64,000 nucleotides of DNA from assembly GCA_964650645.1 (NCBI GenBank), contig CAZYUH010000001.1, forward strand, positions 219,032-283,031, in the 5' to 3' direction. Numbering within the stretch: position 1 is the stretch's first letter; each line of letters begins with the position of its first letter. The DNA comes from an uncultured Candidatus Saccharibacteria bacterium. GTDB lineage: Bacteria > Patescibacteriota > Minisyncoccia > Phycocordibacterales > SBAW01. The notes under the pieces were generated by a model, which ran no database searches, was not told the DNA's origin, and worked only from the letters and a program-made list of their open reading frames with translations. Positions 17,334 to 26,802 of this stretch are shown here, one piece after another. Position numbers and translations under genes: made by a program.

Positions 17334-20300
17334 TTACTGGGCCGCAGGAGCAGTCGCCGGTTCGGCGGCTGTTTCATTTGCGGCGGCGCTATCGCCCGAA
17401 GGGGCGGGCTCTTCAGCCGGCGCGGCCGGCTCTTCCTGCTCTGCATCCGCGCCCACGCTTGAGTCGGGCGCCTGCTCGGCAAGAGCCTCGTTTGCAGCCT
17501 CCTCGGAAGCGGGCGGCTCATCAGCGGCAGCATCATCTGACTCCGGGAACTGCGGCGTAGACGTCGCCTCAGAGGAAGGCTCTTCGGGCGCCGCGGGCTC
17601 GGGAGCGGGCGCAGGGGCCGAGCCCTGCATGCCCTGGCCCGCCAGGAGCCGCTGCAACTGCGCCTCGGTCACGCAGGTGCTGCCCACGCACAACTGGTCG
17701 GTCGCGTGCACCTCCTTGCTCGTAAAGCTCTCCGCGAATCCTGTCACGGCCGACGCGAGCATCTTTACCTGCTCGGCCAGGGCCTGGATGCCTTTTATGA
17801 TGGGCGCGATGAAGCCGATGTAGTTGACGCCGAGCGTGCCGTTGGGGGTGAGCGCCGTCGGCGACGTGGTGGAGACGAGGTCGGGGAACAATCTCTGCAC
17901 ATCCTGCGCGATGAAGCCTATCTGGAGCGCGCTCCCCTTGCTGCGGTCTATCCAGTTGAACGTGACCGGGTCGAGCTGCTCGAGCGCGGCCAGGGTAGTG
18001 GACGCGTCGAGCCCCACAACATTCTTCTTGAGCCTAGCGTCCGAGCTCTGGGTGAGCGTCCCCGAAAGCTGGGCATTGCCGCCGTTGAACACCGCGAACA
18101 CGGTGCTCGAGGCGCTGTTGACGATATTGAACGAAAGCGTGGAGGACGCTGCGTCCGAGCCCCACACGGTGAGCCTGCCGGAGGGCGAGGTAGTGCCGAC
18201 GCCGACGCTGCCCGCGGAAGTGATGCGCAGGCGCTCGTTGGCGTCCGCCGAGCCGCCGGTATAGAAGCGCAGGGCGCCCGCGCTGGCGCGCGCCATGACG
18301 GAGAGCCCGCCGGCAAGGGACGGACCGGAATCGATGAAGCCGCCGTTCTGGATGAACCCGCCCGATGTCGCCTTGCTTGCGCCGAACACGCCGACGCGCA
18401 GGGCGTTGCTGCTGCCAGCGGCGCTGCTGTTGCGCACCTGGAGCTCCGCCTGCCCTCCCGCGTTCGTGGCCGTAACATAGGACGCTATGGTGCTTGCCGT
18501 GCCGTACACCTCGAAGTTGGCCAGAGGCGAGTTCGTGCCCACGCCCACGGTTCCGCCCAGGTACGTATTGCCGGTGGTGGTGGCGTTGCCCGATATGACA
18601 AGGCCCGCAATGCCGTCGCCTATGGTCGAGGACGCGAACGCGGTAAGTCCGCCGTTGAACTGGGTCAAAGTCGAGGTCGCGTTGCCGGCAAGGCCGAACG
18701 GGTACGCCGCGCCGCTCCCGCCGCCCGCAGTGATGCACGTGCCGTTGACGGCAAAGCAGCCTGACGCGATGTTGATGCCGCCGGTGGTATTGAAGGTCGA
18801 GGTGGCGGTCGAAAAGTTGATGCCATTGCTGTTGCCGACCGAGAGGAGCGAGCCCGGCGTCGTGGTGCCGATGCCGACATTGCCGCCGGCGGCGAAGGTC
18901 GCGACGGTAGTGAGCGCGCCGCCGGAGCTCACCTGCTGGAGGTCGAAGCTTGCGTCATTGGTCGAGCGCGTATCGCTGTAGAACGCCCAGCCGTTCTTGC
19001 CGGTGTTGATGCGCTGGCCGCCCGTGCCGCTTGAATTGAAGTACAGGTTGAGGCCGAGGTTGGCCGCGGCGCCGCCGGAGCCGCCCACCTTGTAGCTGTA
19101 GATGAACGGGTTGGAGTTCGCATTGACCGTGTCGCGCGACACCAGGCCGATGCCGCCCACGCCGCTCCCGTGCGTGCTCGCCGCATCAAACGTACCCAGC
19201 GGGTTGGAGGTGCCGATGCCGACCCCGCCGCTCTTAGGCATCAGGCTTATGTTCACCGTCGCGTCGGTGCCGGTAGCGGCAAACGTGACCGCATTGCTCC
19301 CCGCCACGCCCGGCGTCAGCACGAAATAGTTGGTGTCTCCGGAGGTCGCGGGCGCGATGAGCTGGAGGAGCTTGTTCTCCTGCATGTAATCGGTCGACTT
19401 CACGCCGCGGATATCCAGGCCCGTCTTGGCGAATACGAGGTGCGTCTGGTTGTTCGGCGAGCCGCCGTTGGCCTGCGAGAATATCTGGCCGACCGTCGAG
19501 CTCGCGCCGCCTCCGTACTTGAAGTCGAGCATCTGGCCGTCGGCTATCTGCGCCCAAATTGAGCGATTGTTGGCATCCTCCAGGAGGGCGCCGTCCTGGA
19601 TCACGATGCCTTTCGCGAACACGTTGTCAGCAATAGCGCTCACCGAGTTAACGATGCCCAGCGCCACCGAGACCGGCTCTATGTCGTCCGCCGTATAGCC
19701 GTGGTACGTGTTGCCCGCAGCGACGTATGCGGCGTCCTCGCCGCCCACGCCCAGCCACAGGCCGGCCGTCGTGCCGTCCGAGCCCATGAGGTACGGGCTT
19801 ACGTTCACCAGCGGCTTGTAGGAGTTCGTGTCGAGCTCCATCGCGGTCGTGAACCTGTTGTCTTCCAGATGCGTCGCGTGGCCGTAGAACGCCCATGCCG
19901 TCTTCTTGGGCGTGCTCGTGCTGTTGTTAAGGGCGAACGCGGCGACGCCGATGGCGGCCGTATCGGTTGAGCTTCCGTCCACGTTGTCGGACGACCGGCT
20001 TGAGGCGGCTATGGCCACGCGCCCCTGGCCCGAAAGCACGCCCAATTGCGAGCGGGTGTCGTAGTAGCCCATGGTCGCCTCGCCGTCTATCCAGGACGCG
20101 ACGCCGTTAAGATACAGATCCCAGGTGTTCTTGTGGCCGGTGTTGCGGTAGTTGGAGCCGACAAAGAGGCGTCCGCCGACGCCCACGTTATTGACCGCGC
20201 CAGTGTCGGCCCAGTAGTTCGCGGTCGGCCTCGACAGTATCGAGCCGGTCGTCAGGCCCCCGCTGAAGTACCCGCTCCCCGTAACCGCGAAGGTGGCGCT

Positions 20301-22532
20301 CGGGGTGGTCGTTCCCACCGCGATGCTTCCGCCGAAGTACGCGTTGCCGGTGGTGGTCGCGCCGCCCGATATCGTAAGGCCGTTTGCCTGGGTACCGCTG
20401 CCTATAGTGGTGGAGGCGAGCGAGAGCAGGCCGCCGCTGAACGAAAGCCGGGTCGTAGTGGCATTGGAGGAGAACGGATAGGAGAATGCAAGCGCGCTGC
20501 CCGCGCTCAGGCACGTGCCGTTAACGGCGAAGCAGCCGCCCGCCAGGTTGATGCCGCCGGTCGAGTAAAAGGTCGAAGTAGCGGGCGTGAAGTTGGCGAC
20601 GCCGTTTACGGAGAGTATGGAGCCGGGCGTGGTGGTGCCAAGGCCGACAGAGCTTGCAACAAGGCTTCCGAAGCCTGAAGAGCCGTCCGTTACCTTGACG
20701 GAGGCCGCGCTGAGCCGCGCCAGGCCCGTATCGGCAGCGCCCGAAAACCCGAAGCCGGTCGCGCTGCTCCAGGAATACTGCCCGCCGGACGCCGTAACGA
20801 CCGTTCCGATATTATCCTGGTTGAAAAGCGTCCTGTACTCGGACAAGTCGGCATTCATGAAGCCGCCGCCGCTGCTGATAATAGGGTTGAACATCGCCAA
20901 CAGGCCGCTGAGCGTCAGCGATCCGTACTGCGCATCGTCGCCAGTGCGGACAACGAGGCCGTCGAGCCCTACGCTCGTATCGCTGGATTTAAGCTGGCCC
21001 GAATACAAGCCGTTAGCCAGCTTCACGCCGCCCGCATTGCCTATGTCGAGCCTTGCGGACGGGGCGCTGACGCCGATGCCCAGGTTCCCGCCTACATACG
21101 CGCTGCCGGTGGTGGTCGCGCCGCCCGAGACGGTGAGCCCGCCGGCCTGTGCGCCGCTCCCGACAGTGGTCGAGGCCAGGGAGAGAATGCCGCCGGAGAA
21201 CGTGAGCTTAGTGGACGTCGCATTCGAGACGAACGGGTACGCGGCGATAGCGGGGGTACCCGTGAGCTGGCCGTACGGCAGAGAGAGATTCGGGAGAGTG
21301 ATAATGCTCGCGACAGAGCTAGTGGCTGCAAGCTGGGTGACGAAGCGCGGGTCGAAGAGCGAGTTGAAGGTCGTGGTGTAGACCCCGTTGGTTACCGTGC
21401 CCGCGTTGCCGGTGATGGAGCCGGTGACGGTGTTGCTGAAGGTGTTGGTGCCACTGAACGTGTTGTTGTTTGCAAGGAGCGTGGAGGAGGCCGCCGCGAC
21501 GGTGATGTCCGCCGTGCCGTCGAAGGTGACGCCGTTGATGGTGCGAGGGGTCTGGAGGGCGGTGGCGGTCGAGGCGTTGCCGGTGAGCGAGCCGCTCAAT
21601 CCGCCACTGAACGTAATCAAAGTCGAAGTGGCGTTGCTGGGGAACGGGTACGCCGCCACGTCGGCAGACGTGAGGTAGTCGGTGCCCGCCACCGCGGCAG
21701 ACACGACGCCGCCGACGGTCTTCAGGAGCGCGCTTGGAATGCCCGAAACAGCCAAGCCGGCCGTCGAGACGTAATCAGCAGAAACGGCGGTAGTGCTCGC
21801 AAAGCCGACCGTGAGGCGGTCCGCGGCACTGTTGTAGGTAAAGCCCGCGTCGCCGCCGAAGTCGCCCGCGTCGTTGAACTGGACCTGCGCGCTGGACCCG
21901 CCCGGCGTGCCCGAGCCCGAGCCCGCAATGTCGTCGGCGCACACGACGTTGCCGGACGCGTCAGCGGTGAGCTTGCCGCCGTTATCAAGCGCGCTACAGT
22001 CGGCATTAAGCGCGATGCCCGCCAGGGTCGAGGTGGCCGAAACGGTGAGAGTGCCCGCAAGCGTCCCTCCTGAGAGCGGCAGGTAGTCGAGCGCCGGGAT
22101 GTCGGCGGCGGTAAGGCTTGAGAAATCAGCGATGCCGCCGGACGAAGAGCGGCTGATGGCCCGGTAAATCGAATCGATCTGCGACTCGTACTGGGATTCG
22201 GTTATAAAGGAAGGCTGGCTCTGGCCCCAGGAAAGCTGGACGATAAGCGAACCCGCAAGCGTCGCCACGTCCTGGCGCAATGCGTACAGCCGCTCATCGA
22301 GTTCTTTATGAGTAACGACATCGGACGTCTCTTCGCCCAGCACCTGCCCCGCCGAAGGGGCAACGGGGAACGTTCCGTACGCAGGCGCCGAATACGCGAT
22401 TCCAATCGCGAAAGGAGCCGGGGCCGGAGGAGCGGCAGGCGGCACTGCGGGAGCGAATATGGAAAGCGCGCCCAAAGCGGAAGCCGCCAGCGCGGCGAAC
22501 TTACCGGAAAGCGTATCGATAAAGGGATGCAT
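17334..22532 (-). CDS. giant secreted fibre-like protein 2 with C-terminal Peptidase_S74 intramolecular-chaperone domain and acidic tail (paralogue of 2323-5214)
   Basis: About 1732 aa. Start preferred at the ATG (MHPF...) by analogy with gene 1; the track begins 3 codons upstream at a TTG (22541). Same N-module (ELDERLYALRQDVA...ESQYESQIDSIYRAI), internally duplicated NATST / AAYPF..NAT.T.L.FSGG repeats, and a C-terminal SSDARLKKNVVGL...GFIAQDVQRLFPDLV... block followed by a 94-aa acidic tail. Confidence 0.85.
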   Translation of the reverse strand: MHPFIDTLSGKFAALAASALGALSIFAPAVPPAAPPAPAPFAIGIAYSAPAYGTFPVAPSAGQVLGEETSDVVTHKELDERLYALRQDVATLAGSLIVQLSWGQSQPSFITESQYESQIDSIYRAISRSSSGGIADFSSLTAADIPALDYLPLSGGTLAGTLTVSATSTLAGIALNADCSALDNGGKLTADASGNVVCADDIAGSGSGTPGGSSAQVQFNDAGDFGGDAGFTYNSAADRLTVGFASTTAVSADYVSTAGLAVSGIPSALLKTVGGVVSAAVAGTDYLTSADVAAYPFPSNATSTLITFSGGLSGSLTGNASTATALQTPRTINGVTFDGTADITVAAASSTLLANNNTFSGTNTFSNTVTGSITGNAGTVTNGVYTTTFNSLFDPRFVTQLAATSSVASIITLPNLSLPYGQLTGTPAIAAYPFVSNATSTKLTFSGGILSLASTTVGSGAQAGGLTVSGGATTTGSAYVGGNLGIGVSAPSARLDIGNAGGVKLANGLYSGQLKSSDTSVGLDGLVVRTGDDAQYGSLTLSGLLAMFNPIISSGGGFMNADLSEYRTLFNQDNIGTVVTASGGQYSWSSATGFGFSGAADTGLARLSAASVKVTDGSSGFGSLVASSVGLGTTTPGSILSVNGVANFTPATSTFYSTGGINLAGGCFAVNGTCLSAGSALAFSYPFSSNATTTRLSFSGGLLSLASTTIGSGTQANGLTISGGATTTGNAYFGGSIAVGTTTPSATFAVTGSGYFSGGLTTGSILSRPTANYWADTGAVNNVGVGGRLFVGSNYRNTGHKNTWDLYLNGVASWIDGEATMGYYDTRSQLGVLSGQGRVAIAASSRSSDNVDGSSTDTAAIGVAAFALNNSTSTPKKTAWAFYGHATHLEDNRFTTAMELDTNSYKPLVNVSPYLMGSDGTTAGLWLGVGGEDAAYVAAGNTYHGYTADDIEPVSVALGIVNSVSAIADNVFAKGIVIQDGALLEDANNRSIWAQIADGQMLDFKYGGGASSTVGQIFSQANGGSPNNQTHLVFAKTGLDIRGVKSTDYMQENKLLQLIAPATSGDTNYFVLTPGVAGSNAVTFAATGTDATVNISLMPKSGGVGIGTSNPLGTFDAASTHGSGVGGIGLVSRDTVNANSNPFIYSYKVGGSGGAAANLGLNLYFNSSGTGGQRINTGKNGWAFYSDTRSTNDASFDLQQVSSGGALTTVATFAAGGNVGIGTTTPGSLLSVGNSNGINFSTATSTFNTTGGINIASGCFAVNGTCITAGGGSGAAYPFGLAGNATSTLTQFNGGLTAFASSTIGDGIAGLVISGNATTTGNTYLGGTVGVGTNSPLANFEVYGTASTIASYVTATNAGGQAELQVRNSSAAGSSNALRVGVFGASKATSGGFIQNGGFIDSGPSLAGGLSVMARASAGALRFYTGGSADANERLRITSAGSVGVGTTSPSGRLTVWGSDAASSTLSFNIVNSASSTVFAVFNGGNAQLSGTLTQSSDARLKKNVVGLDASTTLAALEQLDPVTFNWIDRSKGSALQIGFIAQDVQRLFPDLVSTTSPTALTPNGTLGVNYIGFIAPIIKGIQALAEQVKMLASAVTGFAESFTSKEVHATDQLCVGSTCVTEAQLQRLLAGQGMQGSAPAPAPEPAAPEEPSSEATSTPQFPESDDAAADEPPASEEAANEALAEQAPDSSVGADAEQEEPAAPAEEPAPSGDSAAANETAAEPATAPAAQ
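17620..18265 (-). repeat. partner copy of the 2585-3165 repeat
   Basis: As above. Confidence 0.7.
18480..20624 (-). repeat. two about 125-aa internal coding repeats inside giant gene 2 (about 20268-20624 and about 18480-18863), plus a partial third copy near 21040-21250
   Basis: Protein-level repeat GS(I/L)LSV...F..ATSTF..TGGIN.A.GCFAVNGTC..AG...YPF...NAT.T.L.F.GGL...AS.TIG.G...GL.ISG.ATTTGN.Y.GG. Coordinates approximate. Confidence 0.6.
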
Positions 22533-22541
22533 ACACGGCAA

Positions 22542-22569
22542 AGGGCAGAGCCGTGCACGGCTCTGCCCT
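22542..22569. promoter_or_regulatory. perfect 28-nt palindrome (AGGGCAGAGCCGTG/CACGGCTCTGCCCT) 9 nt upstream of the ATG of giant gene 2; -10-like TATACT about 22580-22585 on the minus strand
   Basis: Read directly (coordinates +/-2). The arms differ from the gene-1 copy but stay self-complementary. Confidence 0.6.
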
Positions 22570-22727
22570 GATAGCGTTTAGTATATGGCCTTATTTTGCA
22601 AAGAAAAATCGTACATGGGGATAAGTACGGCCTACATTTTGACATACACCGTCTAGCGTTGCAGAGAGGGTGTTTTGTTGCTACTCTGAGGCTGTGCCTT
22701 TCACTAAAAAACTCATGATTCCTTTCT

Positions 22728-24257
22728 ATGTCATTAAAACTATTATTTACCCTCCTGGGCCTCGCGGCACTAGGGGGAGCGGCGCTCGGCTATGTCCTGC
22801 GCTGGCTCTTGGTGCTCGCCCGTAAAGGCTCAATCGAGATAGAGGTCAGGCAGATACTGCTCGACGCGCAGGTCCAGGCGCAAAAAACCACCGAAGAGGC
22901 CGATTCCAAGGCAAAGGAGATTGTCTCCGCAGCCGAGGCGACAGCCGCCGAGAAGACGGAAAAGGTCACCCGCGCCGAGGAGCGCGTATTCAAGCGCGAA
23001 GAGGCGCTGGACAAGAAACAGAGCGAGCTCGACCAGGAAATACAGGCCGTAAAGGGTAAAATAGAGGAAATTAAGGCCATAAAGGAGCGCGCAGACGCGC
23101 TTGTAACCGAGCGCGCCAGCGAGCTTGCCAAGGTCGCCGGACTCACCAAGGACGAGGCCCGCGCGGAGCTTATCCAGAAAATCGAGCGTGAAGCCGATGA
23201 GGACTTCATGATGCGCGCCGCCAAGCTGGAGCGCGACGGCCACGAGCGGCTTGAGCGCAAGGCGCGCGAAATCCTGACGACCGCCATACACCGCCTGGGC
23301 AACTCGGTAGCCTCCGACACCATGGCGACCGCTATCACCATCCCCAACGACGAGCTGAAGGGCAAGATTATCGGCAAAGAAGGCCGCAATATAAAGGCTT
23401 TTGAGCGCGCGACGGGCGTCGAGGTCATCATAGACGACACCCCCGGCTCCATCGTGCTTTCAAGCTACGACCCCCTGCGCCGCGCCATTGCCCGCATGGC
23501 CCTGGAGAACCTGATAGTCGACGGCCGCATCCAGCCCGCCAAAATCGAGGACATGGTCGAGAAGACCAAGGGCGAAGTGAACAAGATAATCAAGGAAAAG
23601 GCCGAAGCGGCCGCCTTCGAGACGGGCGTGCTCAACCTCGACCCCAAACTGCTCATGATCCTGGGCCGCCTCCATTTCCGCACCTCCTACGGGCAGTCAG
23701 TGCTCCAGCACTCGGTTGAAATGGCGCACATCGCGGGCATGCTTGCCGAGGAGCTGGGCGCCAACCCGGCCGTCGCGCGCGCGGGCGCCCTTTTGCACGA
23801 CATAGGCAAGGCGCTCGACCACGAGGTGCAGGGCACGCACGTGGAAATCGGCCGCCGCATCCTCCAGAAGTTCGGCGTCTCGGAAGAGGTCGTCAAGGCG
23901 ATGCAGGCCCACCACGAGGAGTACCCGTACGAGACGCCCGAGAGCTACATCGTGCAGGTGGCCGACGCCATATCAGGCGGCCGCCCGGGCGCGCGCCGCG
24001 ACTCCGTCGAGCAGTACATCAAGCGCCTTTCGGACATAGAGGATATCGCCAACTCCTTCGAGGGGGTCGAGAAGTCATACGCCATATCGGCCGGCCGCGA
24101 GGTGCGGGTGTTCGTCAAGCCCGACGAGATGACCGACTTCCAGGCGCGCGAGCTGGCCCGCAGCATCGCCCTGCGCATCGAGAACGAGCTCAAGTACCCC
24201 GGCGAAATCAAGGTGAACGTCATCCGCGAGCTCCGCGCGATAGAATTCGCCCGCTAA
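22728..24257 (+). CDS. rny: ribonuclease Y
   Basis: N-terminal TM helix, a coiled-coil, a KH domain, and an HD domain (HSVEMAHIAGMLAEELGANPAVARAGALLHDIGK). Confidence 0.9.
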   Translation: MSLKLLFTLLGLAALGGAALGYVLRWLLVLARKGSIEIEVRQILLDAQVQAQKTTEEADSKAKEIVSAAEATAAEKTEKVTRAEERVFKREEALDKKQSELDQEIQAVKGKIEEIKAIKERADALVTERASELAKVAGLTKDEARAELIQKIEREADEDFMMRAAKLERDGHERLERKAREILTTAIHRLGNSVASDTMATAITIPNDELKGKIIGKEGRNIKAFERATGVEVIIDDTPGSIVLSSYDPLRRAIARMALENLIVDGRIQPAKIEDMVEKTKGEVNKIIKEKAEAAAFETGVLNLDPKLLMILGRLHFRTSYGQSVLQHSVEMAHIAGMLAEELGANPAVARAGALLHDIGKALDHEVQGTHVEIGRRILQKFGVSEEVVKAMQAHHEEYPYETPESYIVQVADAISGGRPGARRDSVEQYIKRLSDIEDIANSFEGVEKSYAISAGREVRVFVKPDEMTDFQARELARSIALRIENELKYPGEIKVNVIRELRAIEFAR

Positions 24258-24400
24258 ACCAGCCTGCTTTTCCCTGCAAAAGCCAGCTTTCCAACGAAAG
24301 CTGGTTTTTGTCTATCCCCTGCGGCTCTGTTGCGCCATTTTATGAGCGGTATATACTAGCGGCGCAGGGCAAAACCTTTACCAGCCAGCATATTTTGACG

Positions 24401-24673
24401 ATGAACAAGCAAGATATAGCGGAAAAAGTGCACGATGTCCTGGGCACGACCAAGGCCGATGCCGAGCGCGCCGTCGAGGCGATGATCGACGCGATCGTGG
24501 CCGAGCTCAAGCGCGGCGGCGAGGTCTCGGTTGCCGGTCTCGGCATCTTCAAGACCAAGATGCGCGCGGCGCGCCAGGCGCGCAACCCGCGCACCGGCGC
24601 CACCGTACAGGTCCCCGCCATGCGGGTACCGAAGTTCCAGCCCGCAAAGGCGCTCAAGGAGGCCGTTAAATAG
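24401..24673 (+). CDS. hup: DNA-binding protein HU
   Basis: MNKQDIAEKV...GFGIFK...RNPRTG HU/IHF signature. Confidence 0.9.
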   Translation: MNKQDIAEKVHDVLGTTKADAERAVEAMIDAIVAELKRGGEVSVAGLGIFKTKMRAARQARNPRTGATVQVPAMRVPKFQPAKALKEAVK

Positions 24674-24691
24674 CATCCTCTCGAAAGAAAA

Positions 24692-24716
24692 ATCCCCGAC
24701 CAGTCGGGGATTTTTC
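24692..24716. terminator. bidirectional rho-independent terminator (ATCCCCGAC-CA-GTCGGGGAT flanked by A-run and T-run)
   Basis: Read directly. Lies between convergent hup and 24737-25528. Confidence 0.75.
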
Positions 24717-24736
24717 TTTTGGCGGCCCAGGAGCGG

Positions 24737-25528
24737 CTACATAATTCCGGGCTTAAGGATGCCCGAAATCTGCTCGCGCGGGATGCGGACCTCGAAGGAG
24801 CCCGCGGCATACGCGGCCACTTGGTACGGCGGAATGAGGAACACCAGCTCGTCGCCGTCGATGACGAAATTAGCGAAGTTACCCTCATCAGGGGCGGTTC
24901 CCTCGGCAAAGAAGCTGTCGCCGGGCGCGCCGCCGAGCCTGCGGGTCAGCTCGTCCTTTACCTGCGCAGTGGCAATCTCGGAAATGCGCGCGAGGTACGC
25001 GGTCGAACTGGCGGCAAACAGGTCGCCAAGCGCGAGCTGGTTCCCTTCCCGGTCGAACACGAAGGTCGCGTAATACAGGTTAGGGTGCGCGCCCAGGGTG
25101 TCGGCGTACGCCTGGTACGCGTACGAGACCGTGCCAGTGGAGGTCGCCTCTTGGTACTCCATTCCGAGCGCATACCGGCGCTCGGCGCTCAGGTTCTGCA
25201 TTTTCGCGTCTTCGGCGGTCAGCGTATCGAGCCCGCTGTCGCTCTTGAAGCGCGCAATCTCGGCGGCAATCCCCTGCTCTATGGCGGCGCGCGCCTTGCG
25301 ATCGGCCTCGGGCGCAAGCGGCGTCTTGGCGGGATACGCCGCTTGTATCGCGTAGTACTCCTTGTCCTCCGCGTACAAGTAGTCGCCCTGCTCGGTGAGC
25401 GTGCCCGCAAGCACGTGGGATTCCTCGACCGCAGGCCCTACAGGCTCGGCAAACGACGCGAAGAAAGCGAATACGGCGCCGAGCGCGAGGAGGATGCCCA
25501 GCGAATAGAGGATTTGTTTAGTAGTCAT
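24737..25528 (-). CDS. membrane-anchored DUF3298/DUF4163 (RsiV-like) domain protein
   Basis: N-terminal TM helix, then a region resembling the DUF4163+DUF3298 pair (weak, by family resemblance). Confidence 0.5.
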   Translation of the reverse strand: MTTKQILYSLGILLALGAVFAFFASFAEPVGPAVEESHVLAGTLTEQGDYLYAEDKEYYAIQAAYPAKTPLAPEADRKARAAIEQGIAAEIARFKSDSGLDTLTAEDAKMQNLSAERRYALGMEYQEATSTGTVSYAYQAYADTLGAHPNLYYATFVFDREGNQLALGDLFAASSTAYLARISEIATAQVKDELTRRLGGAPGDSFFAEGTAPDEGNFANFVIDGDELVFLIPPYQVAAYAAGSFEVRIPREQISGILKPGIM

Positions 25529-25560
25529 GGGGGCCAGTATAGCAAACCCCTTGTTTTTGT

Positions 25561-25630
25561 GCGGGACGGGAGAATCGAACTCCCGCTCTCAGTTTGGAAA
25601 ACTGATGTTCTACCATTAAACTAGTCCCGC
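25561..25630 (-). tRNA. tRNA-Trp (anticodon CCA)
   Basis: Cloverleaf read by hand. Acceptor stem GCGGGAC/GTCCCGC, anticodon loop TTCCAAA, T-arm GGAGTTCGATTCTCC. Confidence 0.8.
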
Positions 25631-25678
25631 TTACAGACCTAATCTATCAAGCAAGCGGGCTTTTGTATACAAAGCAAA

Positions 25679-25700
25679 AGGGCGGCCACATGGCCGCCCT
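25679..25700. promoter_or_regulatory. palindrome AGGGCGGCCA-CA-TGGCCGCCCT with the same AAAGGGC...GCCCTG flanks as the giant-gene palindromes, about 50 nt upstream of tRNA-Trp
   Basis: Read directly. Followed by TTTGC like the other two copies. Confidence 0.45.
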
Positions 25701-25932
25701 GTCGCACATACTCAGCCCGTGTATTTAGGGTCTTGTTCGCGCCAGTATTCCGAGCGCTCCCTTTCCTTCTCCTGCCTTTTACGGCGTGATTGCGTCTTCT
25801 CAAGGTCGCTTTCCTTCAAGGACGCTTCCCTGCTCTCTTTTTCTTCAGGCATCGTTCCCTCTTTCGATGGAAGTACTGTCTCACGCACGCGCACACTATC
25901 CTCAACCGATACTACCACCAATTATTCGCAAA

Positions 25933-26802
25933 TCAATTGCTCCACCGAGCGAATATGCCCGCCGGCAGGAGGCGACCGGCCCCCTTCTCCTCTATCGCGA
26001 GATCGCCGTATTCTATACCCCCTCCGAACTTCGCGCGCACGGCCTCAAGGCTGTACGCAAACGCCAGGGGCGAATAGCCCGACGCATAGCCGTTTATGAG
26101 CACGAATAGCGGCTCATCGCTTAAAAGCTCCCCGCACAGGGACACGAGCTCCAGGAAATGCTCTTCGAACTTCCACAACTCGTCGTGCGGCCCGCGGCCG
26201 AATGCCGGGGGATCCATAATGATGCCGTCGTACTTGGAGCCGCGCTTGAGCTCGCGGCGCAAGTAGGCAAGCACATCCTCGACAACCCACCGTATGGGCG
26301 CCTCCGTGAGCCCGTTTAATGCCGCGTTCTCGCGCGCCCACGCCACGGCAGTCTTGCTGGCGTCCACATGGGTTACCTCTGCGCCCGCTTTGGCGGCCGC
26401 CAGCGTGTAGCCTCCGGTATATCCGAAAAGATTGAGCACTCTTACTCCCCTTCCCCGCTTCGCAACCTGCTCCCCCACATACCTCCACCCCGGCACATGC
26501 TCAGGAAATACGCCCGTGTGCTTAAACGACGTAGGCTTTACCAGCATAGTTATTTCGCCCAGCTTAGCCGTCCACTCTTTAGGAATATTGCCGGTCCACT
26601 TCCCTTCCCCCGCATCCCGAACATAGGTTCCGGCGGCACGGCTCCACTCATATTCCCTTGTTTTAAGCCACAAAGCCTGTGGGTCGGGCCTGGCAAGCAC
26701 GACCTCGCCGAATCGCTCGAGCTTCTCTTCCCTGCCCGAGTCAATAAGCTCGTACCCCTCTTCCGCCTTGGTAATTAAAGTTATTCTGTCCATTTTCTCC
26801 AT
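25933..26802 (-). CDS. class I SAM-dependent rRNA methyltransferase (RlmI/YwbD-like)
   Basis: Rossmann motifs (VLNLFGYTGGYTLAAAKAGA; DPPAFGRG) and a PUA-like N-terminus. Confidence 0.7.
   Translation of the reverse strand: MEKMDRITLITKAEEGYELIDSGREEKLERFGEVVLARPDPQALWLKTREYEWSRAAGTYVRDAGEGKWTGNIPKEWTAKLGEITMLVKPTSFKHTGVFPEHVPGWRYVGEQVAKRGRGVRVLNLFGYTGGYTLAAAKAGAEVTHVDASKTAVAWARENAALNGLTEAPIRWVVEDVLAYLRRELKRGSKYDGIIMDPPAFGRGPHDELWKFEEHFLELVSLCGELLSDEPLFVLINGYASGYSPLAFAYSLEAVRAKFGGGIEYGDLAIEEKGAGRLLPAGIFARWSN

Noticed and set aside
2323-22541. Interpreting the two S74-domain genes as remnants of a prophage.
   Set aside because: No terminase, portal, capsid, tail tube, baseplate or integrase lies next to them. 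The neighbours are housekeeping genes, and the only recombinase (31871-32803) has XerC/D features. Rejected within this window; it should be rechecked at genome scale.
22202-22645. 147-aa ORF overlapping the leader and palindrome of giant gene 2.
   Set aside because: It runs across a promoter/hairpin region shared with gene 1. It is Cys/Arg-rich with no SD. Treated as spurious.
25712-25921. 69-aa Lys/Glu/Arg-rich minus-strand ORF between the methyltransferase and tRNA-Trp.
   Set aside because: Low-complexity with no SD. The region more plausibly holds the tRNA-Trp promoter and the conserved palindrome at 25679-25700.
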